A stretch of DNA of 20,000 nucleotides from an uncultured virus (IMG/VR IMGVR_UViG_2740892351_000003) (Duplodnaviria; Heunggongvirae; Uroviricota; Caudoviricetes), in IMG/VR virus record IMGVR_UViG_2740892351_000003, positions 119,237 through 139,236 of that record; one strand, written 5' to 3'. Below the pieces are notes generated by a model. The model was not told where the DNA came from, made no database searches, and saw only the letters and a list, made by a program, of their open reading frames with translations. Shown piece after piece: positions 6,287 to 15,400 of the stretch (positions within the stretch are counted from its first letter, which is position 1; every line of letters starts with the position of its first letter). A program made the position numbers and the translations under genes.

Positions 6287-8002
6287 ATGCATTTTAATGT
6301 GAATCTTAAACAGATAAAATCTGATTACACATTAACCATTCACAAGATGAACAAATCATTTTTAGGTCAAATCCCAATCAACTTTTTAAATTCTATAAAG
6401 CGTGAGCTTGGTGGAGTAGATGAAATACAACTTACCATTCCAAAACATATTACAGAACGTTTTCAATTCTCTAAAGTAGTAAATCCTCTATTTGATGAAA
6501 TGAAAGAAGAACGTCTTATCTGTCTCAATGATAAAGAGTACTTTGTAATTAAGAATGTTGTGACCACAGATGACAAGTTAAAAGTAGTAACAGCTAAATC
6601 TAAAGAAGTTAAACTAGGAAAAATTGATGTGAATATTGAGGACTATGGATTACAGATGTTTACCAAAGATGAAGAAGCATCTATTATATCTCTTAATGAT
6701 TATTTAAAACAAGAGACAGGCTGGAAACTTGGTTATGTGGATGATTCAATTGCTTATGAAACTGATAGTGAAGGTAATAAGAGAGAAAAGGTAAGATGGC
6801 AAGAAAGTATTAATTCTAACTGGTTAGACTATTTTAATAATGAACTAAAAGAACAATTTGAATGTATAGCTGATTTTGATACTTATAATAATTTAGTTAA
6901 TTTATATCATATAGACAGTTTTGGAGATAACATTCAGTTATATTTATCTCATGATAACTACATAAAATCACTTGAAAGAACTACAAATAGTGATGATATA
7001 GTAACTAGACTGAAGCTTGAAGGTAGTGAAGATATGGATATAATAGGAGCTACAGTTACAGGATATGATTACATTGAGAATTATTCTTATTTCTTAGACA
7101 ATAAAGAAATGAGTGAAGAACTTAGTAAAGCTATAAAGAAATATCAAGAAATGAATGAAATAAGAGAGCCAATTTGGAGAGAACTAATAGATACAAAGCT
7201 TAAGAAACAGAGAGAATGTGATAGTAAAAGCAATGAATGGTTACATGTAATAGAGACTATAAAGGCTAAAAAGGATATAAAGAAAACTTATGATAATCCA
7301 GAACATAAAGATGAAGTAAATTCAGCTAAGTTAGCAGTAGAGATAAGTGAACTAGAAGATAAAAAAGTGATATTAGATGTTCAAATAAAACATTTAGAAG
7401 AAGAAATAGCTAAGTTAGATGAAAGTATAAAAGATATAAATATTCTTTGTAAGAGGGAGACTTCAACTGATGAGGATGGATATTTAATATTTAATGAGGT
7501 TCTATTAGATGAATTAAATGAGTTCCTCTACTATGACACTTATACAAATGATGCTTTTTTAAAAGTTGAAGATTTAATAGCAGAAGGTAAAAGGCAATTA
7601 AGTTTGAAATGTATTCCAACACGAGAATGGACTCTGGATGTTATAAACTTCTTAGATAGAATTATAGATATTAATTTTAGACAACATTGGAAGGGAGATT
7701 TGAGTTTAGGAGATATTATAGTGTTACATAGCAAAGAATCTAAAGAAGAAGAATTAGTATATTTTACATCTTTTACCCAGAATTTAAAAAATGGGAAATT
7801 GGATACTTTAGAATTAACTTTAAGTAATAAAAAAATAAAAGAAGATGACAAAAGAACTATAGCTGATTATTTGACTAAAGCTGAACATGCAACAAGAACA
7901 TTGAACTCTAAAAGACATTTATTTATTCAGCAACAGAAGAAAAGAATTAACCTACCAGATGAATATATTCCTAGGAAAAATATACAAAAGGAGCTGATGT
8001 AA
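6287..8002 (+). CDS. Phage tail protein (Tal/tail-hub, prophage tail endopeptidase-like; SPbeta YomG-like)
   Basis: 571 aa; SD AAGAAGGTGA at 6271-6280. Motifs FECIADFDTYNNLVNLY, YIKSLERTTNSDDIVTRLKLEG and LSLGDIIVL...TLELTLSN are typical of siphophage tail hub proteins. Located downstream of the tape measure gene. Confidence 0.75.
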   Translation: MHFNVNLKQIKSDYTLTIHKMNKSFLGQIPINFLNSIKRELGGVDEIQLTIPKHITERFQFSKVVNPLFDEMKEERLICLNDKEYFVIKNVVTTDDKLKVVTAKSKEVKLGKIDVNIEDYGLQMFTKDEEASIISLNDYLKQETGWKLGYVDDSIAYETDSEGNKREKVRWQESINSNWLDYFNNELKEQFECIADFDTYNNLVNLYHIDSFGDNIQLYLSHDNYIKSLERTTNSDDIVTRLKLEGSEDMDIIGATVTGYDYIENYSYFLDNKEMSEELSKAIKKYQEMNEIREPIWRELIDTKLKKQRECDSKSNEWLHVIETIKAKKDIKKTYDNPEHKDEVNSAKLAVEISELEDKKVILDVQIKHLEEEIAKLDESIKDINILCKRETSTDEDGYLIFNEVLLDELNEFLYYDTYTNDAFLKVEDLIAEGKRQLSLKCIPTREWTLDVINFLDRIIDINFRQHWKGDLSLGDIIVLHSKESKEEELVYFTSFTQNLKNGKLDTLELTLSNKKIKEDDKRTIADYLTKAEHATRTLNSKRHLFIQQQKKRINLPDEYIPRKNIQKELM

Positions 8003-8003
8003 A

Positions 8004-9929
8004 TTGATATTGGATAATTCACCAGCAGATTCATGGATTAGAATTACTGGAGTAATTGTTACTTATAACAACACACTTTATCAAGTAGTAGATAAAGAGA
8101 CAAATAAAAAATATATATACTGGGATGCTGATAATCCAGGGACATTAAAAGTTTCTAATGTAAGATTACCAGAGGGAAACACACAATTTTTAGTAGTTGT
8201 AAATGACAATGGAAAGCATACAGAAGTTCCTATAAACTCATCAATATTCAATATATCTTTTGATGGTAATTCAAGAAAAAATACTGAAGAACAAATCTGG
8301 GCATTGTATGAAACAGATGAAAAACACAATGAAAAATTTGTAGTTATTGAAAAAGACATAGATGGGATACATCAGACAGTTTTAGAGGTACAAGAAGATG
8401 CATCTCATATAAAAGAAAATATGTCTCTTATAGACCAGAGAGCTGAAAATGTAAATATATTAGTAAAAGAAGTAACTAAAAATTTTGGTGGTTCACAAGA
8501 AAATATAACATTAAGAGAAAACATAAATAAGTCTATAATTAAGTTAAATGCAGATTTAGGTACATTTAGTTCTAATATGTCTAATTATTTTAATGATAAT
8601 GAGATTACAGATGAAGAAAAAGAAAAGATTGATATTGAACTTAATTTATTAGATACAGACAAAGCAAGTTTATATACAGAGCTACAAAAACTTATTGATA
8701 GAACTACTGGAGTAGACTTAGTAGCAATAAACACTTCAAAAACAGCATTGGATGCAGCAAGTACCAATCTAAACTCTATAATCAATTCAGTTATTTCAGA
8801 TAGTATAATTACACCTTCAGACAGAATTTTAGCTATAAATGCAAATGCTCAATATAACTTAAAGATAAATGAACTTAAAAATACAGTGGATAGAATTTAT
8901 ATAACAGGTATGGGTGGAAGTATATCAGAAGAATTTTCTCAAATAAATGCTACAGCTAAAGAAATAAAATTAGAAGTAGCTAGAGTAGATGGTGTGACTA
9001 AAACTAATGCTGCTGAAATTAAATTAACCAAAGACGATATAACAATGATGGTTACAAGAAATGGCTTAGGTTCAATTGTAGGAATTAAACCTGATAAAAT
9101 TGAATTTGGATTTAATGATATATCAAATTATGTAGAGATAAGCAGGAGTGGTTTAACAGTAAATCAAGGAGCTATAGCATGTGATATATTAACTACTCCA
9201 CCTGGCCATGAACCAATAATCAGATTATTTGGAAGTAGCAGGTCTGGATTTGCAATAGATGCAAGAAGGTCTGATGGTTCTAGTCAAGCATCAGCTATAA
9301 GATTAAAATATAATAGTAATAATTATTTTTTTGTTGGAGATGGAGGTGCTGCTATATATGTAGATGCGTATGAGAATTATAAATTTGATTTAAATGAAGC
9401 AAAATTGGGAGCTAATAAAATAGAGGTTGGTTCTGATGGAAACACAAGAATGGACTTTTCACGTGGACATTTTAGGTTTTATACATCTGCTGACGAAAGG
9501 GCTGACAATGGTATTGTTATTTGGAGTGATGGAGCAATATCTTTCATGATTAGAGGAGATGAATGTCACAATTTTGGTAGAAATGGTTCAAAAGTCGGAG
9601 GAAGTATAGAAATAAATGGTACGAAATTTGGTATGTCTCCAGTTGATAGTCCTAAATTTCTAATTGAAGACGTTTTATTTGATGTAGAAGTTGAAGAAAC
9701 TGGTACAATAATAAAATTAAATAATATCTTTGCTCAGAGTATATTAAATTTTGCAGTATTTAGTTCTAATGCTAATTGCAAGGTTGTTGAAAAAGGTGAG
9801 GATTATTTTAAAGTAGTTGGATATGCAGGTAAATGTGATTTTAGAATAATAGGTAAAAGAATAGGATACGAACATACATATTACAAAATAATGGGTGGTG
9901 AAGAACAACATGGCGATTGGAAAGAGTAA
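8004..9929 (+). CDS. Phage minor tail protein / central fibre or spike
   Basis: 641 aa, TTG start with AGGAG upstream. Central coiled coil, then a beta-rich region, then a C-terminal domain (FLIEDVLFD...FKVVG...DFRIIGKRIGYE) common at the ends of Firmicutes phage tail proteins. Confidence 0.7.
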   Translation: MILDNSPADSWIRITGVIVTYNNTLYQVVDKETNKKYIYWDADNPGTLKVSNVRLPEGNTQFLVVVNDNGKHTEVPINSSIFNISFDGNSRKNTEEQIWALYETDEKHNEKFVVIEKDIDGIHQTVLEVQEDASHIKENMSLIDQRAENVNILVKEVTKNFGGSQENITLRENINKSIIKLNADLGTFSSNMSNYFNDNEITDEEKEKIDIELNLLDTDKASLYTELQKLIDRTTGVDLVAINTSKTALDAASTNLNSIINSVISDSIITPSDRILAINANAQYNLKINELKNTVDRIYITGMGGSISEEFSQINATAKEIKLEVARVDGVTKTNAAEIKLTKDDITMMVTRNGLGSIVGIKPDKIEFGFNDISNYVEISRSGLTVNQGAIACDILTTPPGHEPIIRLFGSSRSGFAIDARRSDGSSQASAIRLKYNSNNYFFVGDGGAAIYVDAYENYKFDLNEAKLGANKIEVGSDGNTRMDFSRGHFRFYTSADERADNGIVIWSDGAISFMIRGDECHNFGRNGSKVGGSIEINGTKFGMSPVDSPKFLIEDVLFDVEVEETGTIIKLNNIFAQSILNFAVFSSNANCKVVEKGEDYFKVVGYAGKCDFRIIGKRIGYEHTYYKIMGGEEQHGDWKE

Positions 9930-10215
9930 GTTATTAGCAACAGGTCAACAAGTTTATTATTGGAGGATATCAACTGTAAATATATCCTATAGTAATAAAA
10001 TGGCTCAGATTAAAGTATCAGGATATATTTCAGAGGAAGCAAGAAGAGAAGGTTTAGATGCTGTTGAATATGAAAATATATCTATTTTAGAAGATAATTT
10101 TGATAACTATTTTGGAATTAATACACTAGATGCAACAGGTAAAAACCCACTTGAATCAGGATATAACTATTTAAAAGAAAACATAGAAAAATTTAAAGAT
10201 TCTTTGGATATATAA
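9910..10215 (+). CDS. Hypothetical phage tail-associated protein (101 aa)
   Basis: ATG at 9910 (MAIGKSKLLATG...) preceded by GGGTGGTGA; overlaps the upstream gene end by 20 nt. Preferred over the track's start at 9895. Confidence 0.7.
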   Translation: MAIGKSKLLATGQQVYYWRISTVNISYSNKMAQIKVSGYISEEARREGLDAVEYENISILEDNFDNYFGINTLDATGKNPLESGYNYLKENIEKFKDSLDI

Positions 10216-10230
10216 AGGAGGATAATAATT

Positions 10231-10392
10231 ATGGAAGTAAACATGCAAAGAGCATATACAATAGCTTTAGAAGAAATAAGAGGATTGCAAAATGAATTAA
10301 TACTTTATAAGGCACTAAATGGACAATTACAAGAAGAGATAAATGAGTTAAGAAAAGAAAAAGTAGAAACTAAACAAAATAAAGAACAATAG
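10231..10392 (+). CDS. Small coiled-coil hypothetical protein (53 aa)
   Basis: Not in the ORF track. SD AAGGAGGA at 10215-10222. MEVNMQRAYTIALEEIRGLQNELILYKALNGQLQEEINELRKEKVETKQNKEQ*. Fills the gap between its neighbours. Confidence 0.8.
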   Translation: MEVNMQRAYTIALEEIRGLQNELILYKALNGQLQEEINELRKEKVETKQNKEQ

Positions 10393-10403
10393 GATGTGAT
10401 ACT

Positions 10404-12482
10404 TTGAAAAATTATGAAATAAAGAATCATACCATAGAGGTCGACTTTAGTAATTATAGAATAAACAAAAGATTACTAGATTATTTTATTTATAATGAAA
10501 ATGATGTCAAAACAGCTTATATTGAAGCAATATTGAAAAACAAAGATGAAATAATAGATTTATCTGAATATGACAGGGTTTTAGTTAGCATTACAAAATC
10601 AGACGGACAAAAAGTTAATGGCGAATGTGAAGTTGTAGATGCTACTAGTGGTGTTGTAGAGATAGAACTTAGCCGACAAGCACTTGCAAGTGTTGGTATA
10701 AATACATTCCAACTTTCTCTAGTAAAAGGAAATACTCTTATTAATACTACTAATCTTTATTATCGTGTTGAAGAAGGTATGATTAATGATGATGATTTGA
10801 CCAGTACAGATGAATATGGAGTTTTATTAGTCTTAATATCTCAAGCAGAAGAAATTATAAAGAATAATAAAGAGCTAACTAAAAGAGTTGAACAACTTGA
10901 AATAACTATACTTGGAAATGAAGAAGTTAGAGATAAAGCAGAGCAGATTAGGATTTATAATGAAGATATAAGAAACATACAAGAAGAAGAAAGAGAGTTT
11001 AATGAGTTAACACGTCAAAATCAAGAGGCAAATCGTGAAGAATCCATTCAAAATATGCAAATTCAAGTCGATGATAAACTTACAGATTGCCAACTCCAAT
11101 TAGACGAGATTATAGATGCTAAGTCTGAAGAAATAGATAATATAGTTGATGATAAAATGCTTGATGTTCAAGTTCAGACAGATAAGAAGTTTCAGGACTT
11201 AGATACTAGAGCTAATAGTACTTTTGATTTGTATGATAAGACATTTGAAGATAAACTTACAGATAACCAAGAGCAAATTGATTACAAACTTGATGAAGTA
11301 AATCAAGCTATATCTGATGTGGAAGATTGTATTGATGAAAGTACTATAAAATTAGATACAAAGATAAAAGAAGTAGATGACAAAATAGTTGAAGTAAATA
11401 CTGCTAAAACTGATATGACAACTACTGTTAGTAATAAAATAACTGAATTTGAAAATAGGTTTGAAGAATTAGAAAGTCTTGATGCTAGAGGCGAATTAAT
11501 ACAAGCTAGAGAAAGTGTTGATGGAACTGTAAAGGATACTTTAAAAGATAGATTAACATATGATTTTGATAAAGTTAATGAGAAAATAGCTGAGATGACG
11601 TCTGCTGCAACTAATGTAGCATTTAGTAAATCTTATGTTGAATCGAATTGGATTGCTGATGGAGAATATTTTAAACTTATAGTTAATCATAATTTAGTTA
11701 CAGAAAATATATTTGTAGCAATATTAGATGAAGCAACCAAGAAAAGTATGACTAATTCTTATACTATAGTAGATTCTAATACAATAGAGATATTCAATGA
11801 ACTAGCTATAAATGTAAGAGTAACGGTTGTAAATGGGAATACAAATAAAGAGGTTATACCAAATACAATAAATGATAATATAACAACACTAGATAGTACT
11901 TACTCTAGTATTAAAATTAATGCAAAATTTGATGAGAGTCTAACTAAGATAAATGAAAATAAAAGTAATATAGCTACTAATTTAGATAAGATAAATCTAA
12001 TACAAAGTAAAGTTGGTTCGAGTGAATTAAGTACAGTATCTAAAAATATATCAGATGCGGTAAATGAATTAGATGCTAGTGTTAAAGTTCTTGAATCTGG
12101 TGGAAATACAAACGAGCAATTGAAAATATTAAAAGAAAATTATAATAAAATGTCTGTGGAAATACTTAAAATTCTATTTGAATTAGAATTAGATAAGGAA
12201 GCTACAGCAGATGAAGCTGGGTATTGGTATGATACCCTATATGATTCTAAAAACATAAGTAATTTAGATGGTTTAAAGCTTAATAAATTTAAGCAACAAT
12301 TAGAGTTACTTTCAAATAGTGGAACTGTATTATTTAAAAATGTAACAGTTCCTTTTTTATGCAACAAAATAAGATATATTCATGATTTAGGAAGCAACTA
12401 TAGTGAAACTAAAACAGAAGAATCTTATCAAAAAGGTGATACTGAAATAAAAATAAACAAGTATTCCTACGAAGTGAGATAG
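10404..12482 (+). CDS. BppU-like baseplate upper protein / fibre attachment protein
   Basis: 692 aa, TTG start. The N-terminus (YNENDVKTAYIEAIL...IDLSEY...ITKSDG...VVDATSGVVEIEL..QALASVG) fits the BppU/DUF2479 pattern. A long acidic coiled coil, a beta domain and a C-terminal GYWYDTL region follow. Confidence 0.75.
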   Translation: MKNYEIKNHTIEVDFSNYRINKRLLDYFIYNENDVKTAYIEAILKNKDEIIDLSEYDRVLVSITKSDGQKVNGECEVVDATSGVVEIELSRQALASVGINTFQLSLVKGNTLINTTNLYYRVEEGMINDDDLTSTDEYGVLLVLISQAEEIIKNNKELTKRVEQLEITILGNEEVRDKAEQIRIYNEDIRNIQEEEREFNELTRQNQEANREESIQNMQIQVDDKLTDCQLQLDEIIDAKSEEIDNIVDDKMLDVQVQTDKKFQDLDTRANSTFDLYDKTFEDKLTDNQEQIDYKLDEVNQAISDVEDCIDESTIKLDTKIKEVDDKIVEVNTAKTDMTTTVSNKITEFENRFEELESLDARGELIQARESVDGTVKDTLKDRLTYDFDKVNEKIAEMTSAATNVAFSKSYVESNWIADGEYFKLIVNHNLVTENIFVAILDEATKKSMTNSYTIVDSNTIEIFNELAINVRVTVVNGNTNKEVIPNTINDNITTLDSTYSSIKINAKFDESLTKINENKSNIATNLDKINLIQSKVGSSELSTVSKNISDAVNELDASVKVLESGGNTNEQLKILKENYNKMSVEILKILFELELDKEATADEAGYWYDTLYDSKNISNLDGLKLNKFKQQLELLSNSGTVLFKNVTVPFLCNKIRYIHDLGSNYSETKTEESYQKGDTEIKINKYSYEVR

Positions 12483-12492
12483 GGGGAATTAT

Positions 12493-15400
12493 ATGAAAAA
12501 GAATAAACTATTACAAAGAGGTTCTTTATTTGGAAACAAAGAATTTAAAATAGAAGAGTTTAATAAAAATTTTGATACTTTTAATGTTAAAGATATATTT
12601 ACAGATATGGATTCTAGTTCTGTGTTTATAATTAAGGATGATTTAAAGTTATATGCAGCAGGATATAATGTTTTTGGCAATTTAGGACTTGGAAATAAAG
12701 TATCACCTATAAGATATTTTTCAAAAATAGATATTGACAATGTTAAGTATGTTTCATCTTCTGGAACTCATTCTCTTTTACTTAAAAATAACGGAGATGT
12801 GTATTCTACTGGCTTAAACACAGATGGGGAGTTAGGTTTGGGAGATAATATTGATAGAAATACTTTTACTAAGATAAATATAAGTAATGTAAAACAAATT
12901 GCTTGTGGGAATGGCTATTCTATGTTAGTTACAAATGACAACGAGCTTTATGTATGTGGTAATAATAAATTTGGAGGGATAGGCTTAGGAAATACATCTA
13001 CTGTAAATACATTTACTAAAATTGATAATTTGAGTGTTAAAGAAATATTTGCAGGAGTCAGTTGTTCATATATATTAACTTTAAATAATGAAGTCTATTC
13101 AACAGGTACAAATTCCTATGGGCAGTTAGGACTTAATGACACTACTAATAGAAATATTTTTACTAAAGTAAATTTAGATAATGTAATAAAGATTTCTACT
13201 GCTCAAGGTGCTGTAAATTTTCTTTTAGAAAATGGAGATGTCTATGGTTGTGGAGATAATTCAAGTGGGCAAGTTGGTGTTGGTGGAGGAGCTACAGTAA
13301 CAGTCTTAACAAAACTATCTATATCTAATGTAAAAAATATAGAAAGTGGTAGATATCATAAATTTTATATAGCTAATAATAATGATATATATGTAACTGG
13401 AGCCAACCCAGATGGGCGTTTAGGAGATAAAATAAATTGTGATACATCAACATATACTCCTAGAAAATCTTCTATTAGTATTAAAAATATAAGTAAAATT
13501 AAATGTGCTTATGCTATAAGCTTTATATTAACTAGCAACAATGAATTGTATATGACAGGAAATAACAATTATAGTTTTTCTTATTTAAAAAGATATGATA
13601 AATTTATATATGGATTTGAAAAATTTGAGGACTTTGATATTGAAGAATGTAATCATATTGAGTCTATTGATAATAGATTATTAATAAATAAAAATGATGA
13701 AAGAGTTTTAGATATAGGGCTTGAAAATAATTTTGTGAATATCTCTTTAGTGAAAGCAAATGACACCTCTACATTTATTGTTGTGAATGGTAATGAACTA
13801 TACGCAGCAGGATACAACGCTTATGGAGGTTTAGGTTTAGGTCATAATCGTCATTGTTATGAGTTTACTAGAGTGCCATTGGAATTAGAAGAAGGAGTTA
13901 CTATAAAAGATATATATTTAAATCTAGGCTCATATTTCACGTTTATATTACTAAGTGATAATACATTATATTCAACAGGATATAATGTATTTGGAGTGTT
14001 AGGATTAGGGGATAATATTAATAGAAATACTTTTACTAAAGTAAATATTTCTTCTGTTGACAAAATTTCTGTAGGAGATAACCATGCGTTATTAAAAACA
14101 ACTACTAATGAATTATTTTCAACTGGTTTAAACAATTATGGGCAGTTAGGACTTAATGACACTACTAATAGAAATATTTTTACTAAAGTAAGTACTGTAA
14201 CTTATGTAAATGAAATTATTGCATATTCAAATTCTTCATATTGCATAGACAATAGCAGAATATCTTATGCAGCAGGATATAATGTTTTTGGCGAATTAAG
14301 TCTTAATGATACCTCAAGTAGGAGCGTTTTTGTTAAGATGAGATATTCAAGATATAAAACAGATACAACAGTATCAGATGTATCTAACATTGCTGAAATT
14401 ATTCCTTTTAATAATGGATGTTTAATTAGAACTACGTCTAATAACTACTATGTTTCTGGGAGACATAATTATTATAGCACAAGTATTAAAAATTCTGTAA
14501 CTGATGATTATTATTCAAGGTTTGGAGAGTTTGTAGGAAGTAAAAACTCAAATGCAAATGAAGTCGCAGTTTTAATAGATGAACCTAAATTATCAAAAGT
14601 TCTGGTTTCTAACTATAATTTATGTTTATTATTAGATGCTAGTGATGGAGGATATAAAGAAATAAAATTCACAGGAAGACCTTCGACTTTTGGAGCTTCA
14701 TCCCAAGACAAGAATTTAGGTTTAAGAAGTCTTATATCGTCTTCTATGCCTTATTATAATCATTATCTTGGAACAGACAATCTTTTATATACAACAAGTA
14801 AAACAAGGATGGAGTCTAAATTTGAAATAAGAGGTAGAAATGCAGGTGGGCAAAGAGGAGACAGTAGTTATTATTCTAATAGTCAAAAATACACATTATC
14901 AAATGCTTTTTTTGCATATAATTCACAAGTAATATATGCTAGTAGATTAAGGATAGTAATTAAAGATTATTTTGGGAACATATATTGTTCTGGAGTAAAT
15001 TCTCATGGCTGTTTTGGCATAAAAAAACCTTATGATGTTAGACATGATGGTTTTGTAAATATATCAAAACAATTTTCTAAAAAATATATCATATCAAATA
15101 TAAAAGAAATTAAAAGTGATAGACAAGCTTTATATATATTATTAAATAATAGCGAAGGATATGTCTGTGGTAATAATGCTGGTAACAAGTTAGGGACAAT
15201 TAAAGCTCGGTCTGAATTTATAAAAGTTCCTATAGATAATATAAAAGAATTTATTCCATCGAATGATTGTTTATTTATTCTTACAAATAATAATCAAGTC
15301 TATTCAATTGGAACAAATGACTTAGGGCAATTAGGTTTAGGAGATAATATTGATAGGGGTACTTTTACTAAGGTGCCTATTGATAATGTAAAAAAAGTAA

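Noticed and set aside
13941..13960. GTTTATATTACTAAGTGATA resembles the start of the C. difficile type I-B CRISPR repeat as I recall it
   Set aside because: Single, gapped, partial match inside a coding region, with no repeat-spacer periodicity. No CRISPR array is seen in the window.
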